DNA of 64,000 bases from a virus (IMGVR_UViG_3300028591_000169:1-64000), one strand, 5' to 3'; numbered from the stretch's first letter, positions 50,465 to 61,542 are shown. The notes: a model not told the origin generated them from the sequence alone. Numbers and translations: made by a program.

Positions 50465-50898
50465 CTTACAATAAGATTCTTCGTTTCACATCTCTGGCTT
50501 CCTGTAGAAGAATACAATCCGATATGTACCCACTTTGTTCTTCCTTGTGTCTCAAATAGAACCTGATCAAATTTGATTCTGTTTTTAATGAGCCAATCTT
50601 TTACAAACTTTCCGAACTCGTCAATTTTACCATTAGTGGGCTGAATATCGACAGCATATCCAAGACGGTGAGCCGATGTAGAAACGCCTCCGACAGCACG
50701 ATTCAGGGCATCACACCTATACCCAGAAGTAACCTTAAGCGGACTACCCCAGGCAATACGAAGCGGCTCCAATATCTTGCTTGTGAGCTCCGTCAAGTGT
50801 TCAACAACGGAGAAGGACGGAAAATTATCTATCCTTCTACTCGTAGCAACATCGGACGAGCATAGCTCCTTCAGCGAGAAATACTTGAAATCAGCCAT
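50461..50898 (-). CDS. Endolysin, peptidase M15 (D-Ala-D-Ala carboxypeptidase-like)
   Basis: VTSGYRCDALNRAVGGVSTSAHRLGYAVD...WVHIG. Confidence 0.9.
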   Translation of the reverse strand: MADFKYFSLKELCSSDVATSRRIDNFPSFSVVEHLTELTSKILEPLRIAWGSPLKVTSGYRCDALNRAVGGVSTSAHRLGYAVDIQPTNGKIDEFGKFVKDWLIKNRIKFDQVLFETQGRTKWVHIGLYSSTGSQRCETKNLIVR

Positions 50899-51344
50899 TA
50901 CTCCTCCGCTTTCGTGAACTGGCCCTTGTCATTGCGGGCCTGATTGGATGCATTGATGCTTCTCCGGCTCGGGACCACATCGGGGCGAATCTCGCGGACT
51001 GCATCACGAAGTTCTTCATTTTCTTTCCGCAACCGGCTGTTCTCATCGCGGAGCTCCGCCACCTCTTTTTTTAACGCTTCGTTTTCATCCTTGACCGCAG
51101 AGACATCTTCACGCAAGTCCTTGATGTCGTCCTTCAGGCTGTTGATGGTAGACTGATAGACTTCATCAATCATCTTGCGGATATTCTCGATCTGGGCATT
51201 CTTGGCCTCCTCGACGGTCTTGTCGGCTTCAGCCTTACCCTGCTTGACGCGTGACTTCACTGTCAGTATCCTGACGAGCCAGCCACCAGCAATGATGACG
51301 GCTATGATGTCAACGATAATTCTAAAGATGTCCAACTTTTCCAT
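50898..51344 (-). CDS. Holin-like membrane protein with coiled coil
   Basis: Single N-terminal TM helix and long coiled coil, immediately upstream of the endolysin. Confidence 0.55.
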   Translation of the reverse strand: MEKLDIFRIIVDIIAVIIAGGWLVRILTVKSRVKQGKAEADKTVEEAKNAQIENIRKMIDEVYQSTINSLKDDIKDLREDVSAVKDENEALKKEVAELRDENSRLRKENEELRDAVREIRPDVVPSRRSINASNQARNDKGQFTKAEE

Positions 51345-51361
51345 ATAGAACAGTTTTAATG

Positions 51362-51778
51362 TTATTCTTCAAGTATCCCGCAGTCAACAAGGATGGCGAT
51401 CTGCTCGAGGTTGATTTCCTCGCCCTGGATAGAAGCGACGAACTTGTCCATTTTCACAGACTTAATTGACACTTCCATTTCAGTCTCATCCATTTTCTCA
51501 AGGATAAGATTGGTTTCATCAACCGCCTTGAGGTAATCGTCATGGCCTTCGATGGGCTGCTTTTTCTTGCGAAGTTCAATTACGGCATTGCGTTCTTCCT
51601 TCCAGTCCTCCTGAAACTTCATGACAAGCTCCTGCTTGTCTGCCTCAACATCCTTGACAATCTTGCGGAGTGCGAGATAGTTCATAAGAATGCCACCCTT
51701 GACATCAGAATCGGGAATCTTGCACAGTTTGATACCAGCAAGAATGTCCACGAGCGCTTTGATTTCGAAATACTTCAT
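51362..51778 (-). CDS. Hypothetical protein, possible fibre chaperone (138 aa)
   Basis: Helical protein located after the fibre genes. Confidence 0.55.
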   Translation of the reverse strand: MKYFEIKALVDILAGIKLCKIPDSDVKGGILMNYLALRKIVKDVEADKQELVMKFQEDWKEERNAVIELRKKKQPIEGHDDYLKAVDETNLILEKMDETEMEVSIKSVKMDKFVASIQGEEINLEQIAILVDCGILEE

Positions 51779-51783
51779 ATAAC

Positions 51784-51993
51784 TTACTTTATTCCACCGT
51801 TTTCTTTTATGGTCTTTTCGATAGACTTTGCAGCGCGATAAATGACATAACCGTTAGCCACGAAAAGAAGACCGGCAATGACATCAAGAATGTGTTTTGT
51901 TTCAACAGCCCAAACTGCGGCACATGTAACGACAGTCATAAGACCATAAATAAACAGAGCTCCGACGAGCAAAAACATTTTAGATGATTTCAT
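51784..51993 (-). CDS. Small two-TM membrane protein (69 aa)
   Basis: Two hydrophobic helices and a basic C-terminus. Confidence 0.55.
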   Translation of the reverse strand: MKSSKMFLLVGALFIYGLMTVVTCAAVWAVETKHILDVIAGLLFVANGYVIYRAAKSIEKTIKENGGIK

Positions 51994-52004
51994 ATCTCAG
52001 ATAA

Positions 52005-53294
52005 TTAACTTGCCGTAAATGTGAATGTGCCGAACCTTCTATTATTACCAGGAGTCGCAGTAACATCAAGTTGTATCGTATAACTCTGGCCGCTGATAAA
52101 TGAAGGAATATTTTCAAAGTCATTGCCTTCTCCGCAGGTCATTGTTACGGACACGGAAGAAGCGTTAGTAGGAACCAAAACGGGTTTTTGACAAGAGTCG
52201 ACCGCAGAACCGCCAACAAGTATATTTGCAGTAAGAGTACCGGAACCACGTTCAGTAGTTCCAAGTCTCTCAACATCAAATGTGGCAGTCACAACATTAT
52301 TACTACATGTTGCACCAGAAGGCGTAAGAACAAGGCCAGTGACGCTGGTAATAAGATTCACATTCACTCCGATAGCGCCAGGTAAAGCAATAGGAGTATA
52401 ACTGGAAAGGATACTGTCTGAGCAGTCGATCCAATACTGAGAAAGATCCTGCGTACCAAGTCTGTCAAGAGCAATGCCGCTAGAAGATGAAGACCTGAGA
52501 AGGACGATAGTTGCAGTAAGACCAGTCTGCGCACTTGTCCAAGGAGAAGCTGTCGGATGATTACTATAAACCAATTTGGTCATATCAACCATCCATGTTC
52601 CGCTCGTATAGGAATTCTGATAATACAAAGGGCGAGGAGCATGATTGGGATCATCTTCGAAACCAAGAGCGGTAATATATCCGTCAATGATTATGCACGG
52701 ATACATTTCGGCCAACGCCGCCTGCTTATTCTCGCTGGCAATCAGAATATCAGACAAGTCGACACCGGTTTGATTTGATTCGGAATATCCGACTGTGATC
52801 CCGGTAATCCCGTTTACGGAATCATAGTAACCAGTAATAGTCCCAGCAGAATTAAAGGAGGCGTAAGGATTAGGAACGGCATTAGAACTGTATCCGTCCC
52901 AGTCATGAAAACGGAATGCTTCTCCCTGAGAAAAGCCACGAGGCGGAAGATATGTGAAATCAGAATCGTGGATATTATCCCAAGTAGCGGTGTCTTGCGT
53001 AATTTGTACATCAGACAACTGAAGTCCGTAATAGATACCGGCATTATTGTCTATTACAGTTCCTTTGCGCATTGCATCAGTAAGAATACCAAGATATGGG
53101 ACCTTTGTGTTTCCGCTCATGGTATAATACCGAATAGGCTTATACTTTGCCCACTTGTTTATATTGGAACTCCGTTCAAGATTCCCGATATCATTGCTGT
53201 TGTCGGGCAGAACAACCTGTGCGTCATTGATACTGATACCGGTATCCGGATTGGTACTGGTATCGATATATATCCGTGTTGATGTATGTGCCAT
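52005..53294 (-). CDS. Putative distal fibre / adhesin subunit (429 aa)
   Basis: Follows the tail fibre; INKWAKYKPIR N-terminal motif; beta-rich C-terminus. Confidence 0.5.
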   Translation of the reverse strand: MAHTSTRIYIDTSTNPDTGISINDAQVVLPDNSNDIGNLERSSNINKWAKYKPIRYYTMSGNTKVPYLGILTDAMRKGTVIDNNAGIYYGLQLSDVQITQDTATWDNIHDSDFTYLPPRGFSQGEAFRFHDWDGYSSNAVPNPYASFNSAGTITGYYDSVNGITGITVGYSESNQTGVDLSDILIASENKQAALAEMYPCIIIDGYITALGFEDDPNHAPRPLYYQNSYTSGTWMVDMTKLVYSNHPTASPWTSAQTGLTATIVLLRSSSSSGIALDRLGTQDLSQYWIDCSDSILSSYTPIALPGAIGVNVNLITSVTGLVLTPSGATCSNNVVTATFDVERLGTTERGSGTLTANILVGGSAVDSCQKPVLVPTNASSVSVTMTCGEGNDFENIPSFISGQSYTIQLDVTATPGNNRRFGTFTFTAS

Positions 53295-53316
53295 AGTTAT
53301 TCGTCCTTTATGTTAA

Positions 53317-55443
53317 TTACTGAGTTCCACCAGCCGCAATCCAACCGTCGGCATACAGATTACCATTGACGTGCAGGGCGCCATTGTCGTATGTGAGCGT
53401 AACGCCGCCAATTGTAACGCTTGTAGAGAAATCTGCATCAACGCCATAGACATCAGAGAATCGCTTCGAAGAACTACCAAGCGCGGAGGTATTGTTAGAT
53501 GCCGGTAACAGATCTACGGAACTAAGCGTAACATCGTTGGTAGAGAAAGTCTTTGCGCCGGTAATGGTCTGCGTTGTTCCCTTCGTAACGTATATATCTG
53601 AAAGGTTCTTGATGAAATGACCTATAGTACCGCTGGAATAAGACGCGCTGTCATCATATCCAATATGGGCTGCATTAGTAGGGATATTGAAACTTGCAGT
53701 CCCAGAGGCGGGATTGTAATTCCCAGCAGTGAACGCACCGGCGGCAAGAGAAAGCTGATAAATATCGATATCAACATTCCCGGATGTACCAATCGACGTC
53801 CCGTTTACGGAAACGCCGGTAATTGTGCCAATGTTACTCGTCTTCGAATTCCAATTGGAAATATCAGATGAGGTTATACCATAAGCGGCATCATCATCAG
53901 TCATGACAGTGCCAAGATCAACAAGACCAGAAGAACCGACAACTGCACCATTCATCCTGATACCAGTTATCGTTCCTACATTTGAAGTCTTGCTGTTCCA
54001 GTTAGTAATATCAGACGATGTAATTCCATAAGCGGCAGAAGCTGCAAATACAGGATCCGTTTCAACTGAAGGAGTATCACCTCCGCCAACAGGGGCGATA
54101 ATATCGTAAGACGTTCCGCCAGTTCCACCAATTCTGATAGTGGCAACACGAACGCCCTGAGAAGCAGGGAGAAGATTGCTGATTTCAACGGAACCGCCAG
54201 CTGCATTCCATCTCGAAATATCGCTCGTGGTAATGCCATACGCGGGGCTCGCGGTAAAAATCGGATCGATTTCAGAGACGGGTCCACTTCCCGCAACCGA
54301 AAGCACGCCATTGGTAATGCTTAATCCACTACCTACGATAATGCCACCCGGAGTAGAAGTTGTTGCATACTTAAGCGATATCTGCCCACTTGTAATATCA
54401 ATACCAGCGCCAGGAGTATAAGAACCGCCACCTCCGCCAGAGCCACCAGAGCCGATACCGCCAGCAGCGATCCAGCCATCAGCATAAACATTTCCAATGA
54501 AATGCCAAGCCTCATTGATGTTATCCCATTCTACAAGAGACTTCGAACTTGACAACTGGAACGACTGGATACCGGTAAGGGCCTGAGCTTCAGAAGTAGC
54601 ACGAACGGGCGTAGTACCGATATAGCCGGAAACGCCACCGCCGCCTCCACCTGTAACAAGTTTAGCCACCCACTTGGAAGCGGAAGAACTATAGACGAGG
54701 CTGTCTCCGTCCTGAACGGCACTACCGTCAGCACGAAGAACTTTCAAACCGTCATTCTTTACGTCAAGAAGTTGACGGAGATAACTCGAGCCACCGGGAC
54801 CGGTACCTCCGGGGACAACAACATACGCTCTACCTTCGCCATCAAGTCGAACAGCATAGTCATTACTGCCGGTTTCCTGATAGCCAAGGAACATTCCACC
54901 AAGCCTATCAGATGTAGCGGGCTGAAGATTGAATGTACTCGTAACAGACAGTGTACCATCAGGTAATATATCGAGACCGCCACCAACACGGATACCGCCT
55001 AGACGAGAAGCCGTAGCGGTAGGCAGTTCATACTGAGAAGAATCACCAGGATCACCTTTTGGACCCTGTGGCCCAGTAGGACCAGCAGGACCCTGAGGAC
55101 CGGCAGCACCATTGGCACCAGCAGGACCAGTTGCGCCAGTTGCACCGGTGTCGCCTTTCTGTCCCTTCAGTGACGCAAGGAAATCAGATTCAGTCCCAGT
55201 ATGGCCTTCGTCAAGCCAAATCTGATAAGCGGACTTGCCATCCTGCCCGGATGCGATATCTTCAGGAAGATAGTCATGGATGAGTTTCCGAACACCAATC
55301 TTCTTGTTGATGCCCTCCTGAACGATGGCGACAATCTCGTCACCGTCAAGTTCATGAGCAACAGGAAGGTCCGTGTCGCGAACTCCCATTGTGGCGAGCT
55401 GCTTGCGGATTTCCTCAATCTGTGCTTTGGTAAAGTATTTCAT
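53317..55443 (-). CDS. Tail fibre protein with collagen-like segment (708 aa)
   Basis: About 13 GXY triplets at 55047-55170; GKSAYQIW..GHTGTE.DFL motif; repeated AT...GGI.VG, AYGITSSDI..WN and GN.YADGWIAAGG modules. Confidence 0.85.
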   Translation of the reverse strand: MKYFTKAQIEEIRKQLATMGVRDTDLPVAHELDGDEIVAIVQEGINKKIGVRKLIHDYLPEDIASGQDGKSAYQIWLDEGHTGTESDFLASLKGQKGDTGATGATGPAGANGAAGPQGPAGPTGPQGPKGDPGDSSQYELPTATASRLGGIRVGGGLDILPDGTLSVTSTFNLQPATSDRLGGMFLGYQETGSNDYAVRLDGEGRAYVVVPGGTGPGGSSYLRQLLDVKNDGLKVLRADGSAVQDGDSLVYSSSASKWVAKLVTGGGGGGVSGYIGTTPVRATSEAQALTGIQSFQLSSSKSLVEWDNINEAWHFIGNVYADGWIAAGGIGSGGSGGGGGSYTPGAGIDITSGQISLKYATTSTPGGIIVGSGLSITNGVLSVAGSGPVSEIDPIFTASPAYGITTSDISRWNAAGGSVEISNLLPASQGVRVATIRIGGTGGTSYDIIAPVGGGDTPSVETDPVFAASAAYGITSSDITNWNSKTSNVGTITGIRMNGAVVGSSGLVDLGTVMTDDDAAYGITSSDISNWNSKTSNIGTITGVSVNGTSIGTSGNVDIDIYQLSLAAGAFTAGNYNPASGTASFNIPTNAAHIGYDDSASYSSGTIGHFIKNLSDIYVTKGTTQTITGAKTFSTNDVTLSSVDLLPASNNTSALGSSSKRFSDVYGVDADFSTSVTIGGVTLTYDNGALHVNGNLYADGWIAAGGTQ

Positions 55444-55450
55444 ATCTTAT

Positions 55451-57895
55451 CTATTTCTTTGTTCCTGTTCCTCTTGTCCGTGCGATTTGCTTCTGGGCCT
55501 CGATCTTTTTAAGCTCGATTTCCTTCTTATCTTTTCGCTCGTCATCCTTGGCTCGTAACTCTCTATCGAACTGTCTGATAGATTCAGCAAGTTTCTCTCT
55601 TTCGATATCAAGTTTTTCATGGACTAACTGTTCATCGTTTTCCTCTGCATAAATACCAAGACGGAGATACTCGGCCTGGGAGTTGATTTCCGCAACACGG
55701 ATCTTGGTCTCATTGTCACGCTGGTTGATCGTATCCTTCTGCTGCATCTCAGCCATCTTAGCCTGCTGGTCAGCCTGAATCTTCTGCTGCTCGATCTGCA
55801 TCTGCTGCTGCTGGGCTTCCTGTTGCTGCTGCTGAATATCTTTCTCGGATTTCTCCAGAATTCGCACTTTCTCCTGCATGGAAGTGGAAGAATACATGCG
55901 AAGGAGTGCAGAGAATCGCGCACCATTCTGTGCCATCGCCTGCGCAATGGTCTCAATCTGGGATGACAGTTTTTGCGTATCCTGAGAGTTGTCAACCACG
56001 AGACCATAATCGGACTCGCAGAACTCGTCGCCGTCTATCTCCATAATCTTACGGGAGTAGTCGGAAAGGATATACTGGAACTTCTTGCTCCTTCCACGGA
56101 GAGCCGCCTTCGCATATTCGATGAAGCACTCGATGACGCGCCGTTTCGTGTCATCGTGCTTCTGGAAAAGCCAGTCCGTGATATAGGAGGACTGAAGGAC
56201 GGCACGCTCGATGCCGCCAACCGTTTCTCGGTTATAAGTATTGCCCTCCCGCTGACGATTGATACCAACCAGATCTGACATGGAATCTTTGGTCCACTGG
56301 AGCAGTTCAATGTAATTCTGGATTGACTGGCCCCAGTCGGCATCGATATATCCCTTGCTCGCATTGTTCAGACCACCAGCAAGTTTACCGGTAGCCGCGC
56401 CCTTGTTGCCTTCATTGAAGGAGTCCTTGATGAGAACCTTGTTGGACCGGGCGAAGTAAAGCCACTTCTCAACCTCCCAGTTCTTTGGCTTCATAGCGAG
56501 GTCCATCTCGAGCAACTTGCCCCAGTTCGTGGCAATAAGGTCCACGAGTTTCGCATGGATGGCGTCGTACATGTAATTATACGGCTTCATCATGTCTATC
56601 AGGGAATACGGCTTGGACTCATTGAGGTTGTAGATAGTGCCGACGATACCGAAGTGGCATCTAGACGGATTGGAAATTGAATTATGCTGGACAAGACAGG
56701 GACGCATTCCAACATAAATATCCTCGCCGATCTTCGTGCCTTCCCACGCTTCGTTCACCCAGAGCACCGTAGCTTCCTCTCCGGCATCTTTGTCAGGGAT
56801 ATAGGTCTCGGGATAGAAATCGAAGACTTCCTCGCCGGTTACGGGGTCGAAGGACTTGACCTTGTATATCTTTCTCTTGGATTTCCACCAGACATGGATG
56901 ACGCGGACATTTCCGGCGACATCATACGGAAGAAGGTCGGAACCTATCGTTCCGCTCAGTTCCGGGAACGCATCGTAGACGAACTCGAGATTATTTCCCT
57001 CGACCCAGATGCCGTTCTCACCGGTAATTCTACCGACGAAAGGATACGCATCATTGATAGCGCCCTCGGCTGTAGTAGGAGATGCCCCTCCGAATTCCGG
57101 AAGGTCATCGGAAAGTTTCTTGATATCGCTCGGGCTCAGCTCATCATAATAGAGCTCGACGATCTTTCCGCGAGAAATGTAGTCTTCGTATATAATGACA
57201 TCCGCATCCTCGACACGATTGGAATAACCGCTGCCGAAGATGCGAAGTTTGATGGGGTTGAGCCGTTTCAGGAACGGTTCTCCACCCGCAATGCCGCACT
57301 GATATATCTCACTGCCAAGACAAGCGTCAACAAAACCATCATTGAAAGTCTGTTTGAAATTGAGCTCCTTGGAGTAATGATGGATGAGTTCGTTCGCACG
57401 AATCTCACGCAGGTCCTGCCAGTTATAGTCGTAGTATTCCTGGCCTTCCTGAATCTGCTTCTGAGCCTGCTGATCATCTATGGACTGGTCTTCGACGATA
57501 CCCTGCACCATCTGGAAAAACTCCTGCTTCTTGTCTTCCTCTATCTGAGAGATGGAATAAGGGTTGGTGACGATGACATGCCAGTCGAAAACGCGTGCGG
57601 CTTCTTCACCACGGAGCGTGTTTATCTTGGAGTTGATGATCGGATAATGCTGAATCTTGTCCGGAATGAACGCAGAAGCGATGTTCCCAGGATTCAGCAC
57701 TGCGGCTATGTCCTCCATGTGAATGACGCCATTCAGCAAATCGTAGTTGATTTTCATGCTGACGGCGCTTTTTCTCACCGGAGAGTAATTGAAATATGTC
57801 CTATTACATCCCCAGTCAATACACTGACGGCGCCATTTCTCGCCTTTCGACTTGAATGGCAACTTCTGATTGGGGAATGTTGCTCCTAAATCCAT
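55451..57895 (-). CDS. Portal protein (814 aa)
   Basis: FPNQKLPFKSK..KWR start, IQHYPIINSKINTLRGEE, GINRQREG...ETVGGIERA; directly after TerL. Confidence 0.9.
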   Translation of the reverse strand: MDLGATFPNQKLPFKSKGEKWRRQCIDWGCNRTYFNYSPVRKSAVSMKINYDLLNGVIHMEDIAAVLNPGNIASAFIPDKIQHYPIINSKINTLRGEEAARVFDWHVIVTNPYSISQIEEDKKQEFFQMVQGIVEDQSIDDQQAQKQIQEGQEYYDYNWQDLREIRANELIHHYSKELNFKQTFNDGFVDACLGSEIYQCGIAGGEPFLKRLNPIKLRIFGSGYSNRVEDADVIIYEDYISRGKIVELYYDELSPSDIKKLSDDLPEFGGASPTTAEGAINDAYPFVGRITGENGIWVEGNNLEFVYDAFPELSGTIGSDLLPYDVAGNVRVIHVWWKSKRKIYKVKSFDPVTGEEVFDFYPETYIPDKDAGEEATVLWVNEAWEGTKIGEDIYVGMRPCLVQHNSISNPSRCHFGIVGTIYNLNESKPYSLIDMMKPYNYMYDAIHAKLVDLIATNWGKLLEMDLAMKPKNWEVEKWLYFARSNKVLIKDSFNEGNKGAATGKLAGGLNNASKGYIDADWGQSIQNYIELLQWTKDSMSDLVGINRQREGNTYNRETVGGIERAVLQSSYITDWLFQKHDDTKRRVIECFIEYAKAALRGRSKKFQYILSDYSRKIMEIDGDEFCESDYGLVVDNSQDTQKLSSQIETIAQAMAQNGARFSALLRMYSSTSMQEKVRILEKSEKDIQQQQQEAQQQQMQIEQQKIQADQQAKMAEMQQKDTINQRDNETKIRVAEINSQAEYLRLGIYAEENDEQLVHEKLDIEREKLAESIRQFDRELRAKDDERKDKKEIELKKIEAQKQIARTRGTGTKK

Positions 57896-57964
57896 AAATC
57901 TGCACAGTTTACATGGCGAATTTATTCTTTAATCCACCACGAACTACACAGATAAATGAAACGC

Positions 57965-60217
57965 TTACAGGTCGAAAGCTGATTTATATTGCGGGCCCAA
58001 CTTCTCAAGATGTCGTTTCCAGTCCTTGTCGAAGAAATCGTCATCTGATACTTCGTCGAAAGTCTGTTCGTTGGCGCTCGGCGACCCGCCATACAAGACG
58101 ATGAAGTGTTCCCGATATAGCATCACTTGTGCAAGAGCGGAAACACGGTCCGTATTGACTTCTGGGGCATATGAAATCAGTTCCTGGAGAAGCGCACGGT
58201 TACGAAGTCGATACAGTTGCGGGACTTCCTCCTGATGGATTTCGCCTCGTTCGTCCTTTACATCGACGGTATATGTCTTGTTCAGCCAGTCTTTGATGAG
58301 TCCGTTTGCGAAGAAGTTGACTCCGGCGTTGACGGTGACTCCCTTAATTGCGGAACCGAACATACTATATTTGACCAGTTGCCTTTCGCGAAGATAATCA
58401 GGACAGTCTGCAAGCATCCAAGTGCATCTCTTCGTTGCAAAATACGAGAACAAGCCCTTCTTATTTGACTCGTACAGACAAGTAGCGTTATAGAATATAC
58501 AGAGCAGCCTTACTATCTCATAATTGTCATTTGCGAATGGTTTACGTCCAGTATATTCCGCGACTATGGAATCCGTAAACAAGTCAAAGACGAAGCATGA
58601 GAACAAAGATGATGATTCCGCCTGATCATTATCAACCGGGTCAACACCTATGATATACCGATGTGTCGGAATTGTTCCAGAACAAGGCATCTCAAATATT
58701 TCTAGCGCACCCTGCTCGGTATTGTCTACGGGCCATTTCCTGATAGGAACATCATCTGTAGCCCGGAACTGCACGTTGCCGCCAACATCCACGAGCGTTC
58801 CGACATACACATCATCATAAGCGCGAGGGTCCATATCCAGTTGCCGTAGACGCTCATTGAGCATCACTACGGGGAAGAAGTTCGACTTTACCTTCAAGAT
58901 CGCTTCCGCGGGTGTGATAGGCATCTGGGCTATACGGGAGAGAAGAGAAGCGGCATCGCCACCCTGCTTTACCATGTATCGCTCCATTAGTATTTCCATC
59001 AGGGCGGCAACGACATCGGAGTTTCCGTCCTTGTCCATGCATCCAGCGCGAGAGATATACGACGGGAAGAAATAGGCGAACTTCTGCGTTCCCTTGCCGG
59101 TCTTGTCATACACGTTGTCGAGGGCGTATACCTCATAAGCGTCCGGATTGTACAGCATCGTCTTGATACCGGAAAAATCTGACTCTTTGTCACCAGCAGT
59201 ACCAACAGCTATCAACTGCGCGAATACGTTGGAACCTTCCTTCACGGAATCTCGCACATTGTTCCAGACTTCCTTGAAGTTCTTATACGAACCCATCTCC
59301 TCAAAATAGATAAAGCCACGCTTGCCTCGGATCTTTCCCTCGTCGTCTTTTACGGACAACGCCATGACGGAGTTTAATGATCCTTTTATGTTTCCGTTGC
59401 TGTTCTTGTAGCCCATTGTCCATATCATCTCCGCCTGAGAGCGCTTTACCATCAACCTCGGGAATTCCGTGTTGGCGGCGCAGAAGTCGACCATCGGAGT
59501 GAACTTCGATAGCGTTCCGTCCTTTTCTGCAAGATATTCCTTCAGGTAGGCGGTAAGAATTGTGGTGACGCGGCGCTTGTTCTCGCCATTCTCGCCAAGG
59601 AGAAGATTGTGCGTCATATCGCTTGCGGTGGAGAAAGACTTGGAACATCCTCTTCGCGCGAGTTCCATGCAGTGCAAACTTCGCATTCGCGCCTGATCAC
59701 GATAATGATAACGATAATATATACCTTCCCAGAAATCCGGAAAATCCTCAACGCGAAGATAGATGCCAGAGGTGCCAGACTTCCTGTTCAGCATTATGGG
59801 CGAATAATTCAGGAAGTAATACAGCAAGCCTGGAATCCATTCGCCGTCAGACTCGCGGATATATCCGTCCCTGCATCGTCTCACTTCTTCATTGAACCAC
59901 TTACCAAACTCGCTATTAGGATTTGAATTCGGCTTGAGAAAAGTGTAGCATCCATTCTCCTGATAGAACTTCGCAGCAGGGCGGAAATAATCCATATCCT
60001 CCAGGATGTGCGGATGCGTGATATCAACAATGATTCTGCCTTTATCATCTCTTGGTAAATCTTTTGCCATTGGCCTATCCTCGCGTATCATGTACTTGAG
60101 CATCGGCACAGTATCAATGAAGTCCAAGAATTGCTCCTGCACCTCCGACGGAAAAGACTCCAACCATTCTGTCGTGATTGGAGTCTGAAACTTATTTGTT
60201 GGAATTATGACACTCAT
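57965..60217 (-). CDS. terL: Terminase large subunit (750 aa)
   Basis: ARRGCSKS (Walker A-like), FIYFEEMG (Walker B), [18 protein letters not shown] nuclease motif, NTDRVSAL. Confidence 0.93.
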   Translation of the reverse strand: MSVIIPTNKFQTPITTEWLESFPSEVQEQFLDFIDTVPMLKYMIREDRPMAKDLPRDDKGRIIVDITHPHILEDMDYFRPAAKFYQENGCYTFLKPNSNPNSEFGKWFNEEVRRCRDGYIRESDGEWIPGLLYYFLNYSPIMLNRKSGTSGIYLRVEDFPDFWEGIYYRYHYRDQARMRSLHCMELARRGCSKSFSTASDMTHNLLLGENGENKRRVTTILTAYLKEYLAEKDGTLSKFTPMVDFCAANTEFPRLMVKRSQAEMIWTMGYKNSNGNIKGSLNSVMALSVKDDEGKIRGKRGFIYFEEMGSYKNFKEVWNNVRDSVKEGSNVFAQLIAVGTAGDKESDFSGIKTMLYNPDAYEVYALDNVYDKTGKGTQKFAYFFPSYISRAGCMDKDGNSDVVAALMEILMERYMVKQGGDAASLLSRIAQMPITPAEAILKVKSNFFPVVMLNERLRQLDMDPRAYDDVYVGTLVDVGGNVQFRATDDVPIRKWPVDNTEQGALEIFEMPCSGTIPTHRYIIGVDPVDNDQAESSSLFSCFVFDLFTDSIVAEYTGRKPFANDNYEIVRLLCIFYNATCLYESNKKGLFSYFATKRCTWMLADCPDYLRERQLVKYSMFGSAIKGVTVNAGVNFFANGLIKDWLNKTYTVDVKDERGEIHQEEVPQLYRLRNRALLQELISYAPEVNTDRVSALAQVMLYREHFIVLYGGSPSANEQTFDEVSDDDFFDKDWKRHLEKLGPQYKSAFDL

Positions 60218-60648
60218 AGCCCTGTGCTACCGAAACCTCCACTACCCCTTTCCGTTTCATCAAGATCATCAATTTCAACCCATTCAACTCTCTCATATTT
60301 GGAAACGATAAGTTGTGCTATCCTATCTCCGTTATTGATTGTAAACGGCTCTGTAGAAAGATTGACAAGTATAACTCCGATGTTACCACGGTAATCAGCA
60401 TCAATGGTTCCAGGCGTATTTAAAACAGTAATCCCGTGTTTTGCAGCGAGTCCGCTTCTCGGTCTTACCTGTGCTTCGAAACCACGAGGGAGAGCAATCG
60501 ACAAATCAGTCATCACGACTTTCCTTTCGAGACTTCGAAGAGTTACCGGCTCGTCCAGAACAGCACGCAAATCCATTCCGGCAGATTGCTCGGTAGCGTA
60601 TTGCGGAGTTTCAATGTTCTTGCCGAGTTTCTTTAACTTAACTTGCAT
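60214..60648 (-). CDS. dut: Trimeric dUTPase
   Basis: [39 protein letters not shown]. Confidence 0.97.
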   Translation of the reverse strand: MQVKLKKLGKNIETPQYATEQSAGMDLRAVLDEPVTLRSLERKVVMTDLSIALPRGFEAQVRPRSGLAAKHGITVLNTPGTIDADYRGNIGVILVNLSTEPFTINNGDRIAQLIVSKYERVEWVEIDDLDETERGSGGFGSTGL

Positions 60649-60667
60649 ATTATCAATTACTTATGCG

Positions 60668-61213
60668 CTAAACGTCCTCACCAACCGCTTTGGATGCGTT
60701 GCCTCTTGCTTTGTCATCTGTTTCAAAGTCTTTTGCCAGTTCCTTTTCGGCTTCGATAAGCGCCTTGGCTAATTCCGGGACCTGCTTAAGTGCAGCAGTC
60801 ATAGTGGAAACCTGATAAATGGGTCTGTCGTTCTTATCAAGGGCAAATAAGTCGAACTCGTTGAAGAACTTGCGGAGCTGCTCGATACCCTTACGCATAC
60901 TTTCAAGAAGGATGGAGGCGGTGGTAACAGCCTGCTTACGATAAACAGTCATCGCCTCCTTCAGAAGTTCGGAAGGTTCCCAGTCCTTGCCGAGCCCTTC
61001 CTGGGCCTTGATCTCTGACGACCGCGCATCGTCATCCACGAGATACATGTACGAACTTCGCGGGTCGCACATGAACCACAGATAGGAAATCTGCTTCCAG
61101 AATTCCTCCTTCTTTTTTGACTTATCCTTCTGGAATAGCTCACGGATTGGCCTGACAAGGAGAGCCTCGTCAGCAATCTTGAACTCCATTCCGTCAAATT
61201 CAATCAGTTTCAT
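60668..61213 (-). CDS. Conserved crAss protein upstream of TerL (small terminase candidate)
   Basis: LWFMCDPRSSY motif; synteny. Confidence 0.6.
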   Translation of the reverse strand: MKLIEFDGMEFKIADEALLVRPIRELFQKDKSKKKEEFWKQISYLWFMCDPRSSYMYLVDDDARSSEIKAQEGLGKDWEPSELLKEAMTVYRKQAVTTASILLESMRKGIEQLRKFFNEFDLFALDKNDRPIYQVSTMTAALKQVPELAKALIEAEKELAKDFETDDKARGNASKAVGEDV

Positions 61214-61400
61214 GTAATTGCTTTCTTATGGCTTCGTCAAACATCTGCAAAAGTCTTTCTCCGCCTATGAATCCGGGCGCAACCTCCCACAACCCGTCAC
61301 CAATCTTCCTCGGATACTTAGTTGCAGAGAAAACTTGTTTTGCCGCTTCTTCTATCTGCTCAATAGTTAAAGAATTATATCCCTTGGGGCACATTTGCAT
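61200..61400 (-). CDS. Small hypothetical protein (66 aa)
   Basis: Overlap-coupled with both neighbours. Confidence 0.5.
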   Translation of the reverse strand: MQMCPKGYNSLTIEQIEEAAKQVFSATKYPRKIGDGLWEVAPGFIGGERLLQMFDEAIRKQLHETD

Positions 61401-61542
61401 TATAGATTTCCATCAACTCCTGTGCAAACAAAGAACACTCGCGAGAAACTTCAATATATAATTCTTGCGGGATCTCGTCTTTGTAGTCCGTAATCAAATC
61501 CCATATCCTGAAGATATGGCTTGCCGCTTCGCTATATTTCAT
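61375..61542 (-). CDS. Small hypothetical protein (55 aa, MKYSEAASHIFRIW...)
   Basis: ATGA overlap with the upstream stop; fills a gap in the ORF track. Confidence 0.45.
   Translation of the reverse strand: MKYSEAASHIFRIWDLITDYKDEIPQELYIEVSRECSLFAQELMEIYNANVPQGI

Noticed and set aside
57965-60217. Intein or group I intron in terminase, RNAP or MCP
   Set aside because: Lengths are ordinary for crAss-like phages, frames are continuous, and no splicing or embedded endonuclease motifs were seen.
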